Shown here in pieces: positions 7,748 to 17,225 of a DNA stretch of 24,000 nucleotides (positions are counted from its first letter, which is position 1; each line of letters begins with the position of its first letter). The notes under the pieces were generated by a model. The model was not told the origin of the DNA and searched no databases. It saw only the letters and a program-made list of their open reading frames with translations. Origin of the DNA: Superficieibacter electus (GTDB lineage: Bacteria > Pseudomonadota > Gammaproteobacteria > Enterobacterales > Enterobacteriaceae); NCBI RefSeq assembly GCF_002915575.1, contig NZ_PQGD01000007.1:132776-156775 (forward strand). Direction: 5' to 3'. Made by a program: the position numbers and the translations under genes.

Positions 7748-8176
7748 TTAACGCACGACCAGTACCGGAATGGTCGCGTGCCGGATGACGTTTGAGGCAT
7801 TGGACCCCAGCAGATGGGTGGCAATAGACGGGTTACGCGATCCGATCACCACGACATCGGCGTTTAACTCTTCGGCCAGTTCATTCACCGCATCGCGCAC
7901 GCTGCCCATTCGGACATGTACCTTAATCCGCGAAGGATCGAGGGTGAAATGTTCAACCATGGTTTTTAAACGGGCTTCAGCTTCCTGCTGTAAATGCTCC
8001 TCAAAGCGACGTAAATCGGCAGCAAAACGCTGCATCGTCATGCTCGCAGAGCCTGGAAGGACATGCAGCAGATGAATGATCCCTTTCTGCTGCGCCAGAA
8101 ATTCGGCATGGCGCACGGCTTTATCGCTCAGCGCCATTTCAAAAACGTCAACCGGCATAATGATGGTGTTATACAT
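7748..8176 (-). CDS. uspG: universal stress protein G
   Basis: From ATG 8176 the protein is 142 aa ([29 protein letters not shown]...[35 protein letters not shown]), matching E. coli UspG in length and sequence. The ORF-track start at 8182 adds two residues. Confidence 0.9.
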   Translation of the reverse strand: MYNTIIMPVDVFEMALSDKAVRHAEFLAQQKGIIHLLHVLPGSASMTMQRFAADLRRFEEHLQQEAEARLKTMVEHFTLDPSRIKVHVRMGSVRDAVNELAEELNADVVVIGSRNPSIATHLLGSNASNVIRHATIPVLVVR

Positions 8177-8305
8177 ATCCATTCCTCCTTGTGATCATTG
8201 CTGATATCAAAGCATATTTTACTCCGGAGAGATGTTTGCAGGTTCGCAAAAATGGGTTGCTGGCGCGTGAGGAGGTGTAAAGTTTTGTATCCGAAGAAGG
8301 CGGAA

Positions 8306-8327
8306 AGAGGATGCGAATACATCCTCT
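8306..8327 (-). terminator. hairpin downstream of rnk (weak terminator candidate)
   Basis: AGAGGATG (8306-8313) pairs with CATCCTCT (8320-8327) around a 6-nt loop. The minus-strand trailing sequence is TTCCGCCTTCTT, a poor U-tract. Confidence 0.35.
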
Positions 8328-8357
8328 GAAAAGCGACGGTGCGCTTAAGGCAGAAAG

Positions 8358-8768
8358 TTAACGCTGATAGTCACCGGCAGCTTCAGGCTGGTATAACAGC
8401 TCCAACACCTCAAGGTGTGCCGAGGTGCCGCCGGGCAATTCCCAGTGGATTGAACTGCCTACTTCAAGACCCAGTAGCGCCGCGCCTACCGGGGCGAGGA
8501 CAGAAAGTTGAGTGCTGCTGTCGGTCATCTGCGCCGGGAACACCAGCGTTCTTGTACGTTCTTCACCGGTGGTCAAATCGCGAAATTTGACCGTGCTGTT
8601 CATACTCACCACATTACCTGGCAGTGATTCAGGAGGGCACATCTGCGCACGATCCAGTTCTGCATTCAGCGCGTCGGCAACCGGCAGCGCGGCATAAGCA
8701 GGTTTCTCCAGCAGACGGTCAATTCGCTCGGCATCAAACTCATTGATGATAATCGCAGGTCTGGACAT
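8358..8768 (-). CDS. rnk: regulator of nucleoside diphosphate kinase (GreA/GreB C-terminal-domain family)
   Basis: 136 aa, [42 protein letters not shown]... Same length as E. coli Rnk and collinear with it. Confidence 0.92.
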   Translation of the reverse strand: MSRPAIIINEFDAERIDRLLEKPAYAALPVADALNAELDRAQMCPPESLPGNVVSMNSTVKFRDLTTGEERTRTLVFPAQMTDSSTQLSVLAPVGAALLGLEVGSSIHWELPGGTSAHLEVLELLYQPEAAGDYQR

Positions 8769-8810
8769 TTTTTACTCCGTGTTATTGTTGAAAGCTATAC
8801 GCTGCAAAAT

Positions 8811-8845
8811 CCAAAAGAAAACCCCCACCTTCAGAGGTGAGGGTT
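8811..8845 (-). terminator. strong minus-strand intrinsic terminator with no annotated gene upstream of it
   Basis: AACCCCCACCT (8820-8830) pairs with AGGTGAGGGTT (8835-8845): 10 bp plus one C/A mismatch, 4-nt loop. On the minus strand it is followed by TTTCTTTTGG. It lies 45-75 nt upstream of the rnk ATG. Confidence 0.6.
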
Positions 8846-9015
8846 AGCAGACCCCATCATACTGAGAGTTGGCCCGACTTTGAAGTGACCTGGCGCACAG
8901 AAGTCAGCGCCTGTGTCGCAGGCATTTTTTGCGACGGCCATCGCTTTTCATCATTCTGGCTTATGCTTTTAAACATCGTTGCATAGTGCAGCGCCCGGAC
9001 ACAACAGGAGTGCTC

Positions 9016-9846
9016 ATGAGTCATTTTGATAAACTTACCCTGAAAGATGGCAGTTACCTTTATTTTAAAGACTGGGGAAGCGGTCAACCTGTCGTGTTCA
9101 GCCACGGCTGGCCGTTAACGGCGGATGCCTTTGAAGATCAGATGCTTTATCTGGCCTCGAAAGGGTTTCGCGTTATCGCGCACGATCGTCGGGGTCACGG
9201 TCGCTCCGCGCAGCCCTGGGAGGGGCATAACATGGATCAGTATGCCGATGACCTGGCAGAACTGACTGCGCACCTTAATTTACAGAACGCCGTTCATGTC
9301 GGACATTCGACCGGCGGGGGCGAAGTGGCGCGTTATATTGGCCGCCACGGCGCAGATCGTGTCGCCAAAGCCGTACTGATTGGGGCAGTGACGCCAATTA
9401 TGATCAAGACGGATTTCAACCCGGATGGCGTTGAGAAGGCGGTTTTTGACGGCATCCGCGAAGGCGTGATTAACGATCGGGCGGCATTTTTCTACGAACT
9501 GACAAAAGCGTTTTACGGCTATAACCGCTTCGGTACAAAAGAATCAAAAGAAGTGCGCCGCAACTTTGTCCGTCAGGGGTTGCAGGGGTCGATCAAAGCG
9601 CTTTATGACTGTGTCTCCGCCTTTTCAGAAACCGATTTTCGCCAGGATCTTCAGAAAATGACCATGCCTGTGCTGGTGATCCACGGCGATGACGACCAGA
9701 TTGTGCCATTTGAGACCTGTGGCAAGGCGGCAGCGGAACTATTGCCGAATGCTGAACTGAAAGTCTATAAAGGCGGTTCGCACGGGATTTGCACTACCCA
9801 TAAGCAGGATATTAATGTCGATCTGCTGACGTTTATTCAGTCTTAA
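9016..9846 (+). CDS. alpha/beta-hydrolase of the non-heme haloperoxidase / arylesterase (PFE-like perhydrolase) family
   Basis: From ATG 9016 (SD AGGAG at 9006-9010) the protein is 276 aa. [19 protein letters not shown], nucleophile elbow [12 protein letters not shown], acid [12 protein letters not shown] and His in GGSHG are collinear with Pseudomonas fluorescens aryl esterase as I recall it. The ORF-track start at 8929 is an unsupported extension. Confidence 0.9.
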   Translation: MSHFDKLTLKDGSYLYFKDWGSGQPVVFSHGWPLTADAFEDQMLYLASKGFRVIAHDRRGHGRSAQPWEGHNMDQYADDLAELTAHLNLQNAVHVGHSTGGGEVARYIGRHGADRVAKAVLIGAVTPIMIKTDFNPDGVEKAVFDGIREGVINDRAAFFYELTKAFYGYNRFGTKESKEVRRNFVRQGLQGSIKALYDCVSAFSETDFRQDLQKMTMPVLVIHGDDDQIVPFETCGKAAAELLPNAELKVYKGGSHGICTTHKQDINVDLLTFIQS

Positions 9847-9853
9847 TATTCGG

Positions 9854-9879
9854 CCCGGCGTCACAGGATGGTCGCCGGG
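9854..9879 (+). terminator. GC-rich hairpin after the hydrolase gene (no U-tract)
   Basis: CCCGGCG (9854-9860) pairs with CGCCGGG (9873-9879) around a 12-nt loop, followed by GCAAAAATC rather than a T-run. Confidence 0.3.
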
Positions 9880-9930
9880 GCAAAAATCAGGGCAATTCCA
9901 GGGTAATATAGAGCATCTGTTTTTACCGGA

Positions 9931-10791
9931 ATGCTCCCCATGCCTGTGCTGTCGCTGCCTGCCGATCAACAATTTTTTGCCGATCTACTCAGTGGTCTGG
10001 TGCTCAATCCACAGCGGCTGGGGCATGTCTGGTTTGCCGGCGCGCCAAAAATGGCAGCGGGAGAGCTGTTTATTGATTTTCCGCGCCTGGAAGTCGTGCT
10101 GCGCGGCGAATATGGCAACCGCCTGGAGCCAGACCAGCGGCGTATCGGGCAGGGGGAAATGCTGTTTATTCCTCCGCGTGCCGCCAATGCGCCATGCTTT
10201 GACAAGCCGGTGATGGTGCTGAGTCTGGTATTCGCCACGGCCTGGCTGGGTCTGGCGTTTTATGATAACCGCAGCGGCATAACCCCTGTTCCGCTGCGCA
10301 AAATTGAACTACCTCATCTCCAGCGTGGTGAGGGCGAGGCGATCCTGACCGCGCTTACCCTGCTCAGCCGTTCCCCGCAGGATCAGGATATCATCCGGCC
10401 ATTGACCCTGAGTCTGCTGCACTTATGCCGAAAGGTCGTCAATACCGAGCCGGAGCGCACCCAGTCGCGTCCGGCGTTTTTATACCAGAGCATCTGTAAC
10501 TGGTTACAGGAGAATTACGCTGAGCCGTTAACCCGCACCAGCGTGGCAGAATTTTTCACCATTACGCCAAATCATCTTTCCCGTCTGTTCAGCGAGCAGG
10601 GGACTATGAGCTTTGTCGATTATCTGCGCTGGGTGAGGATGGCGAAGGCGCGGATCATGTTGCAGAAGTATTCGTTTACGGTGGGAGAGGTGGCGCGGCG
10701 CTGCGGCTATCCGGACAGCGACTATTTTTGTCGGCTGTTCCGGCGTCAGTTTGGGCTGACGCCGGGAGAGTACCAGGCGCGCTTCCAGTAA
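9931..10791 (+). CDS. ypdC: AraC/XylS-family transcriptional regulator
   Basis: 286 aa. C-terminal AraC HTH pair (SVAEFFTITPNHLSRLFSEQ ... VARRCGYPDSDYFCRLFRRQFGLTPGEY). It is convergent with fryA, as ypdC is in E. coli (285 aa). Confidence 0.8.
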   Translation: MLPMPVLSLPADQQFFADLLSGLVLNPQRLGHVWFAGAPKMAAGELFIDFPRLEVVLRGEYGNRLEPDQRRIGQGEMLFIPPRAANAPCFDKPVMVLSLVFATAWLGLAFYDNRSGITPVPLRKIELPHLQRGEGEAILTALTLLSRSPQDQDIIRPLTLSLLHLCRKVVNTEPERTQSRPAFLYQSICNWLQENYAEPLTRTSVAEFFTITPNHLSRLFSEQGTMSFVDYLRWVRMAKARIMLQKYSFTVGEVARRCGYPDSDYFCRLFRRQFGLTPGEYQARFQ

Positions 10792-10794
10792 CGG

Positions 10795-13290
10795 TCAGAA
10801 CGTCAGTTCTGCGTTGAGCAAATCAAGAATCGCCTGCGCGTCGCGCGCCGAGAACAGCGACTCGCGAAAGGCTTTATTAACCAGCTTACGCGCCAGTTGC
10901 GAAAATACTTTTACGTGATTGATCGCTTCATGTTCACCCAGGGTCAGCATAATCACCAGTTCGACCTCACCCATCTCCGACTCCCAGTCGATTGGGGCGG
11001 GCAGGCGGGCAATGCTGATGCTGGAATGGCGTATCCACGGCGATTTCGTATGCGGGATCGCCACGCCAAAACCGACGCCGGTGGTAACGATTTCTTCCCG
11101 CTGCCAGATATCCTCCTCCAGCTCAACCGGCCGGTCGGTGCGCCCGTTAACGGCCAGATTGCCGCACAGATACTGAATCACCTGCTCCTTGCGCGTGAGA
11201 TTATCCAAAAAGCAGATATTTTCCAGTGCCAGCAGCGGACGCGCATCTTCCTGCGGGGCAAAATCCGCCAGCAGCGTTTCAATGTCGTCGGCACTGCGGC
11301 ATTCACAGGCGTTATCGGCCAGTTGACGACAGGCCTGGCTATCAAGCTGGCGCAGCAGACTTTTAATTGCCGGAATGCGCGGGCCGCTCATGCTAAGCTC
11401 ATCCAGCTCCATGCCGAGCAGCAGCGGCAGATAACGCGGTTCACCGCCCAGCTCGCCGCAGATGCCCACCCATTTGCCGTGGCGATGAGCCACGCTTACG
11501 ATCTGGCGCAGCATGCGTAGGAAGGAAGGGGTAATCGGGTTGTACAGCGGTGAGACGCGCGGATTATTGCGATCGACCGCGTACAAATACTGCGTCATGT
11601 CGTTTGAGCCGATGCTGAAAAAATCCACCTCGTCACAGAAATGGTCGATGATATAGCAGACCGACGGCACCTCAACCATGATCCCCAGTGGCAGGCTGGC
11701 GGCGTAGCGTAGCCCCTGCGACTGGAGCTGGGCACGCACCCGCTCCAGCTCCTGTTTCACCCACAGGATCTGATCCAGGCTGTGCACCATCGGGATCATC
11801 AGCAGCGCATTGCCAAATGCCCCGGCACGCAGAATCGCCCGCAGTTGTGTGCGGAAAAGATCGGCAAATTCCGGATAAATACGCACCGCCCGATAGCCGA
11901 GGAAGGGATTCTCTTCCTGCGGAATGTTCAGGTAAGGAAGCGGTTTGTCTCCACCGATATCCATGGTGCGGAAAATTACCGGTTTGCCGTTTGCGGCCAG
12001 CAGTACCTGCTGGTAGGCTTCAAACTGCTCCTGTTCATCCGGCGCTCGTTCCCTGTCCATATACAGCATTTCGCTGCGAAACAGCCCCACGCCCTCCGCG
12101 CCGAGCGAAAATGCCCCCGGTGCTTCCAGTGCGCTACCGATATTGGCCGCGACTTCGAGACGTTTGCCGTCGAGAGAAAGCGCCGGAAGGGCGGCCGCCT
12201 GTGCCTGCTGACGGGCCTGATTGTCGGCAAGCTGACGCGCAATGGCATAATAGCCTTTGATTGCTTCGTCAGGCTGCATGACCAGCACGCCGCACTGACC
12301 ATCAAGTACCGCTTCACGGCCTGCCAGCGGGGCAAGTTGCGCCACGCTGATACCGCTGAGCACTGGCACCGAGGAGGCGCGCGCCAGAATTAAGGTGTGT
12401 GACGTGCGCCCGGTTTTTTCCAGTACCATGCCGTTGAGCTGGCTAAGGTCAAGACTTAAAAACTGGCTTGGCGTCAGGTCTTCGGCAATCAGCAGCGTTG
12501 GCCGGGTCAGCGTCTGGCTGACCTTCTTGCACCGATCCGGCCAGGTGATATGCAGGAGCTGTTCGCTAATATCACGGATGTCACTTACCCGCTCGCGCAG
12601 ATATTCACTGCTGGAGGCGGAGAGTTTTTCGCTGATCTGCTCCATGTTAACGATAATGGCCGCTGCCAGCCCCAGCCTGCTTTCCCGCATCAGACGACGA
12701 ATGTTGCTGGCAAACTCTTCGTCCTGAATTAGCGACAAATGGGCGCTGACGATAGTTTTACTTTCGCCGCCTAACACCTGAAGCTGCTGGTTGAACTGCT
12801 CGGCGAGCGCGGCGAGGCTGTGCTCAAGCCGGGTATTGTCTTCCGGGCTGGCGGCGATGGCGCGGTAACTTTCAAGGCTGTCGCTTTGCCAGAGGGTCAG
12901 GACGCCGCTGCCAATCCCGCCAGCGAGGACGTTACCGACGAGAAGATCGGGATTGAGCCGTGAGAGCGAACGGGGCAGCGGCTGGACGAGCGGGGCGGCA
13001 TTAACTGGCTGCTCGCTGTCACTGTCAATAAACCGGTGTTCAAGATAGTTTTCCAGCGCCCGGCGCGCCTGTTCTTCATCGCTGCCAGTGATTTCAAGGC
13101 TACAGCTATCGTTAAAGAGCGTACCGGTACCAATCAGCGCCAGCGAGCTTTTCGCATCCGCCTGACTGTTCAGCCGGTGGTTAATAAAGCGGATATCGCT
13201 CTGCCACTGGCTGCACTGCTCTTTCAGTTCCCAGGCGGGACGCGCATGCAAACCGTTCGGCAACGGGCAGAGAAATGGGATAGTTAACAT
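10795..13290 (-). CDS. fryA: PTS multiphosphoryl transfer protein (HPr-like / Enzyme I-like / IIA-Fru-like fusion)
   Basis: 831 aa. N-terminal HPr-like LPNGLHARPAWELKEQCS. EI phospho-His GRTSHTLILARA and EI C-terminal SIGSNDMTQY. C-terminal IIA with GVAIPHTKS. Same length as E. coli FryA and collinear with it. Confidence 0.93.
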   Translation of the reverse strand: MLTIPFLCPLPNGLHARPAWELKEQCSQWQSDIRFINHRLNSQADAKSSLALIGTGTLFNDSCSLEITGSDEEQARRALENYLEHRFIDSDSEQPVNAAPLVQPLPRSLSRLNPDLLVGNVLAGGIGSGVLTLWQSDSLESYRAIAASPEDNTRLEHSLAALAEQFNQQLQVLGGESKTIVSAHLSLIQDEEFASNIRRLMRESRLGLAAAIIVNMEQISEKLSASSSEYLRERVSDIRDISEQLLHITWPDRCKKVSQTLTRPTLLIAEDLTPSQFLSLDLSQLNGMVLEKTGRTSHTLILARASSVPVLSGISVAQLAPLAGREAVLDGQCGVLVMQPDEAIKGYYAIARQLADNQARQQAQAAALPALSLDGKRLEVAANIGSALEAPGAFSLGAEGVGLFRSEMLYMDRERAPDEQEQFEAYQQVLLAANGKPVIFRTMDIGGDKPLPYLNIPQEENPFLGYRAVRIYPEFADLFRTQLRAILRAGAFGNALLMIPMVHSLDQILWVKQELERVRAQLQSQGLRYAASLPLGIMVEVPSVCYIIDHFCDEVDFFSIGSNDMTQYLYAVDRNNPRVSPLYNPITPSFLRMLRQIVSVAHRHGKWVGICGELGGEPRYLPLLLGMELDELSMSGPRIPAIKSLLRQLDSQACRQLADNACECRSADDIETLLADFAPQEDARPLLALENICFLDNLTRKEQVIQYLCGNLAVNGRTDRPVELEEDIWQREEIVTTGVGFGVAIPHTKSPWIRHSSISIARLPAPIDWESEMGEVELVIMLTLGEHEAINHVKVFSQLARKLVNKAFRESLFSARDAQAILDLLNAELTF

Positions 13291-13312
13291 AACGGCTCCT
13301 GTAAACGCAAAA

Positions 13313-14353
13313 TCAGCATCTGAAATCCGTCAGATGCGCTACGGTTTCGGCGTTAATGTGAGTAAGCAGCGCCACCAGAAGCTGGTGGGTAAGGGCAATA
13401 TCATTACCGTCGGCAATTGAGGCGGCGCAGTGGCCGTGTCGCGTCGGCGTGCCAAGCACGATGGTTGGCACGCCGGTGCCGCTCAGATGCACTGCGCCGC
13501 CATCGGTGCCGCCGTTGCTGAACATATCGTGCTGAAGCGGTATGGCTGCGCCAGCGGCAATATCGTCTACCCAGGCGGCCAGTTTCGGCGGGGCCATCAT
13601 GGATTTATCATGCAGCACCAGCATCGGCCCTGCGCCGGTTTGACGGTGGTTATCACGCCCGTAGTCAAAATTCTTCGCCCAGCAGGCGGTGTCGAGAACA
13701 ATCGCCAGGTCCGGGTTAACTTTGCGGGTGGCGGTGTGGCCCCCGCGCAGACCGACCTCCTCACTGGAGCTGGCGACCAGCCAGATTTCCGCATCCAGCA
13801 GGGTGTGGTGTAATTCGCGCAGCAGTGATATCAACAGATAACAGCCGAGGCGGTCGTCAAACGCTTTACCCAGAAACTGATTGCGCGGCAGGGCGCTGAA
13901 GGCGGTGGCGAAAGTAACGCGATCGCCAGGCGCAATGCCGGCATTTTCCACCTCTTCAGCGCTGCGCGCGCCAATATCCACGCGCAGTTTTCCAACCTCA
14001 TTACCCTGACGTTCTCCTTCCAGTAGCCCGCTGATTTTTTGGCCGTCGTGGGTGGTGATACGTACCGTCTGTAGCTCGCGTGCGGCCATGCGAACGTTGC
14101 CAACAGGCAGAACATCAATGGCTCCGGTGCCGGAAATACTGCGCACAATAAAGCCCACTTCATCCATATGTGCGCAGACCATCACCTTCGGCCCGCGGCT
14201 TTCATTCAGACGAATAAGTACCGAACCCAGGCCGTCAAACAGCACCTCTTTGCCGTGCTTATCTGCTTCGGCGAGGATAATTTGCCGCACTTCCTGCTCG
14301 GCGGCGGCAATGGCGTCCGCCTCGCTTAATGCTTTGAGTAATGCTACATCCAT
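13313..14353 (-). CDS. ypdE: M42-family aminopeptidase
   Basis: 346 aa. CAHMDEVGF and [11 protein letters not shown] motifs. Collinear with E. coli YpdE. Its start overlaps the ypdF stop by 10 nt. Confidence 0.9.
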   Translation of the reverse strand: MDVALLKALSEADAIAAAEQEVRQIILAEADKHGKEVLFDGLGSVLIRLNESRGPKVMVCAHMDEVGFIVRSISGTGAIDVLPVGNVRMAARELQTVRITTHDGQKISGLLEGERQGNEVGKLRVDIGARSAEEVENAGIAPGDRVTFATAFSALPRNQFLGKAFDDRLGCYLLISLLRELHHTLLDAEIWLVASSSEEVGLRGGHTATRKVNPDLAIVLDTACWAKNFDYGRDNHRQTGAGPMLVLHDKSMMAPPKLAAWVDDIAAGAAIPLQHDMFSNGGTDGGAVHLSGTGVPTIVLGTPTRHGHCAASIADGNDIALTHQLLVALLTHINAETVAHLTDFRC

Positions 14354-15438
14354 GATCCTTCTCCTGTCGGCAGCAGCGTTTTGGGCAGGGTGTAAAGTAC
14401 CTCCGCGCCGTCTGCCGTAACCAGTACAACATCTTCTATGCGCACGCCGCCTTCACCCGCAAGATAAATACCTGGCTCCACTGTCAATAGCATGCCGGGC
14501 TGTAAGCGCGTGGCGTCAGTGGGTGAGAACCGGGGATTTTCATGCACATCAATACCAATGGCATGGCCAGTGTTATGGCCGAATTGCGGACCATAGCCTG
14601 CCGTGGTAATGACATTGCGCGCGGCGGCATCAACCTCGCAGCAGGCAACGCCGGGACGGATGGCGGCAATTGCCGCCAGTTGCGCGGCAAGCACGGTGTG
14701 ATAAACCGACCAGAGCGGCATGTTTTCCGGGTCGGAATAGCGCCCCGCCACCAGAAACGTGCGCGTCATATCAGAACAATACCCCTGGTATTGGGCACCA
14801 AAATCGAGCGTTATCAGTTCACCTGCCACGATAACCTTCTCTGAGGCTTTACCGTGTGGCAGCGCACCACGCGGGCCGCTGGCAACGATGGTATCAAAGG
14901 ACGGTTTTTCCGCCCCCTGTTGTTTCATAAACCATTCCAGCTCGGCGGCGACCTCGCGCTCGCGCATTCCCGGCTGGATAAAGCGGCGGATATGGTCGGC
15001 GCTGCAATCGGCAATCCGGCAGGCTTCGCGGATGACCGCGATTTCCTGCGGCGTTTTGACCTGCCGGAGTGCATCCAGCGAGACGGTGACCAGCGTGGCA
15101 TTGAGCAGTTGTTGCCATTGACTGCCGGTTTGCCAGCTGACCTGCTCGCCTTCAAAACCCACCCGCAAAAGATTTTCTCTAGCAATAACCTGATTAACGA
15201 TCGCCGGCATCGGCTTACTGCTTTCCATCAGATGCAACTGATAGCCGCTGGTCTGCTCCGCTACCTGCGCGTAGTAGCGAAAATCCGCCAGGATATGCGC
15301 CGTGTGCCGGGTGACCAGCACATAGCCTGAGCTGGTGGCAAAACCCAAATGCGGCTGCTTGTTTTGCCTTGATGAGATCAGTACCGCATCAAGCTGTTGT
15401 GCTTCAAGCCAGGCGCGAAGTGTCGCGAGCAGCGTCAT
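14344..15438 (-). CDS. ypdF: M24-family Xaa-Pro/methionine aminopeptidase
   Basis: 364 aa, [33 protein letters not shown]... Pita-bread metal-ligand region [13 protein letters not shown] and EPGIY...GGVRIED. Confidence 0.9.
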   Translation of the reverse strand: MTLLATLRAWLEAQQLDAVLISSRQNKQPHLGFATSSGYVLVTRHTAHILADFRYYAQVAEQTSGYQLHLMESSKPMPAIVNQVIARENLLRVGFEGEQVSWQTGSQWQQLLNATLVTVSLDALRQVKTPQEIAVIREACRIADCSADHIRRFIQPGMREREVAAELEWFMKQQGAEKPSFDTIVASGPRGALPHGKASEKVIVAGELITLDFGAQYQGYCSDMTRTFLVAGRYSDPENMPLWSVYHTVLAAQLAAIAAIRPGVACCEVDAAARNVITTAGYGPQFGHNTGHAIGIDVHENPRFSPTDATRLQPGMLLTVEPGIYLAGEGGVRIEDVVLVTADGAEVLYTLPKTLLPTGEGSWM

Positions 15439-15454
15439 GCTATGTCTCCTTATC

Positions 15455-16699
15455 TTACAGCGAGTCGATCAGCAGCTTGCCCTGGCGATAGCGCATATTG
15501 CGCAGGAAAATGACCATCAGTGCGGTGATCAGCGCGCCAATTAAAATGCCGAGCATATAGACCCCAAGGTTGGTGACTAATGGCCACGCCCAGATGGCGG
15601 ATTCCGGGAACCACTGTACCGCCCCGAGCCACACTGCGGTGGTCGAACCGACTATTGCGCCAGTCATATAGGATGGAATAGCGGTGATTGGGCTTTCCAG
15701 CGCAAACGGGATTGCCCCTTCGCTGATCCCCATAAAGGCGAGGAACATGGCGGTTTTACCCTGCGGATAAAGCTGGGCATTGAACAGACGTTTGCCGGTT
15801 AAGCGGCGATCGAGGATCGTTGCCAGACCCAGGCCAATGGGCGGGATCACAATCGCAATAGAGCGCGCAGTGACGGGCAACACATGATCGGTTGTAAAGC
15901 TGAAGGCAACGAAACCGGCGGCTTTATTAATCGGGCCACCGAGGTCGATGGCTGTCGCGGCAGAGATACCGGCGGCATACATTAACACGCCTTTCTCTCC
16001 GGCGGCGGTAAGCAGGGTGCGAATACCGCCGTTGATCCAGCCGCCAAACGGCGTGATGACATAATACATTGCCAGCATCACAAAAATAGCGGAAAGGATG
16101 GGTAGCAGAAAAGTCGTTTTAAAAGCCAGCAGGAAATCCGGCAACTGGATTTTCTGGTTCATCCACTTCACCAGATAGCCCGCTACGATGGAGATAATCA
16201 GCGCGCCGATAAACGTCGAAGGCACGGGTGCCGTGGTGACCCATTGCAACGTTGAAGGATCGAAATTGAGCACCTGGGTCGGCTGGGTGGACATCAGGCC
16301 GCCAATAAATCCGGCCGGGAAGGCCAGCTTGCCGCCGATGGAGTTCGCCACAAATGCCGCAAACATGGGAATGGCAAAGCCGAACAGCACACCGCCAAAC
16401 GACTGCGACAGCCAGGCAAATTTCAGCAGTGACAGGTCAAAGCCAGTGAATTTGCCTGAGTTAAGCGCGTCCATGATGCCGGTGTCAGCCGGAATATGCA
16501 GCCAGCTGTAAGCAATAAGCTGTGAAAATGCGAGGATTACCCCACCCATGATCAGGGTGGGAACCATCCGCGAAATACCCGACATCACATGCTGGGGCAG
16601 TTCGCCCCAGAAACTCGTGCGGGTGGCCGACGTGTTTTTAATTGCCGCAGCCCCGGAGGAGCCGGGGGCTACGGTGGCACTGCGTTTTTTAATGGCCAT
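15455..16699 (-). CDS. fryC: PTS fructose-like EIIC permease
   Basis: 414 aa polytopic membrane protein with the fructose-family IIC signature region [10 protein letters not shown]. Operon position matches E. coli fryC. Confidence 0.92.
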   Translation of the reverse strand: MAIKKRSATVAPGSSGAAAIKNTSATRTSFWGELPQHVMSGISRMVPTLIMGGVILAFSQLIAYSWLHIPADTGIMDALNSGKFTGFDLSLLKFAWLSQSFGGVLFGFAIPMFAAFVANSIGGKLAFPAGFIGGLMSTQPTQVLNFDPSTLQWVTTAPVPSTFIGALIISIVAGYLVKWMNQKIQLPDFLLAFKTTFLLPILSAIFVMLAMYYVITPFGGWINGGIRTLLTAAGEKGVLMYAAGISAATAIDLGGPINKAAGFVAFSFTTDHVLPVTARSIAIVIPPIGLGLATILDRRLTGKRLFNAQLYPQGKTAMFLAFMGISEGAIPFALESPITAIPSYMTGAIVGSTTAVWLGAVQWFPESAIWAWPLVTNLGVYMLGILIGALITALMVIFLRNMRYRQGKLLIDSL

Positions 16700-16719
16700 A
16701 GAGGTATCCCTGGAAACGA

Positions 16720-17049
16720 TTATTGTTGTTCAGCGGCAATTAATTCTTCGATTTCTTTAATAATGCCCGCCGCGTTTTTAATGGCGTCCTGAAGGGTGAT
16801 TTCATAAACGTCACGGGTCTCAAAACGTTCGTTATCTTCCGGGGTGACGGCGACGGAGTGGATGATAATATCGGCCTCGGCAATATCCTGTGCCGTTAGC
16901 CGATTCTGAATACCGTCCGCGCCCTGAGTTTCAATTTTGATCTCATCGTAACCCGCTTCCTGCGCGGCCTCTTCAAGCGCCTGAGCTGCCATAAATGTGT
17001 GTGCAAGGCCCATGGGACAGGCGCACAGTGCAATAAATTTCTTAGCCAT
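16720..17049 (-). CDS. fryB: PTS fructose-like EIIB component
   Basis: 109 aa. Phosphocysteine loop ACPMGLAHTFMAAQALEEAA, typical of IIB-Fru. First gene of the minus-strand operon. SD AAGGAG upstream. Confidence 0.92.
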   Translation of the reverse strand: MAKKFIALCACPMGLAHTFMAAQALEEAAQEAGYDEIKIETQGADGIQNRLTAQDIAEADIIIHSVAVTPEDNERFETRDVYEITLQDAIKNAAGIIKEIEELIAAEQQ

Positions 17050-17189
17050 GATGAACTCCTTTTAATAAAGACTGAGCGGATTATGGTCAGGAAAAAGGAG
17101 GTGAGTTAGCGGACAAATGATGCATTCACTGTAAAATTAATGCACAAAATCTGAAATGTGACGTGCATCCGCTTATAAGCAAACAGCAT

Positions 17190-17219
17190 GAAAACCCGCC
17201 GAGCGGAACGCCAGCGGGA
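17190..17219 (-). terminator. candidate intrinsic terminator of rna
   Basis: The minus strand reads CCCGC-tggcgttccgctcg-GCGGG followed by TTTTCATGCTGTTT. The stem is only 5 bp (17195-17199 with 17214-17218). Confidence 0.45.
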
Positions 17220-17225
17220 GAACGG

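Noticed and set aside
8857-9105. 82-aa minus-strand ORF spanning the rnk-hydrolase intergenic region
   Set aside because: It overlaps the 5' end of the well-supported hydrolase gene on the opposite strand and has no SD or motifs. The minus-strand hairpins and terminator there fit an RNA feature better.
10897-12393. Three plus-strand ORFs of 190-207 aa antisense to fryA
   Set aside because: They lie inside a well-supported 831-aa gene. The translations are Arg/Pro/Ala-rich nonsense typical of the reverse strand of roughly 65% GC coding DNA. They have no start-site signals.
13381-13388. Chi sites (GCTGGTGG) at 13381, 15331 and 22088, all on the plus strand, with none seen on the minus strand
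   Set aside because: The frequency and single orientation are what is expected for the leading strand of an E. coli-like replichore. It orients the window but is not unusual.
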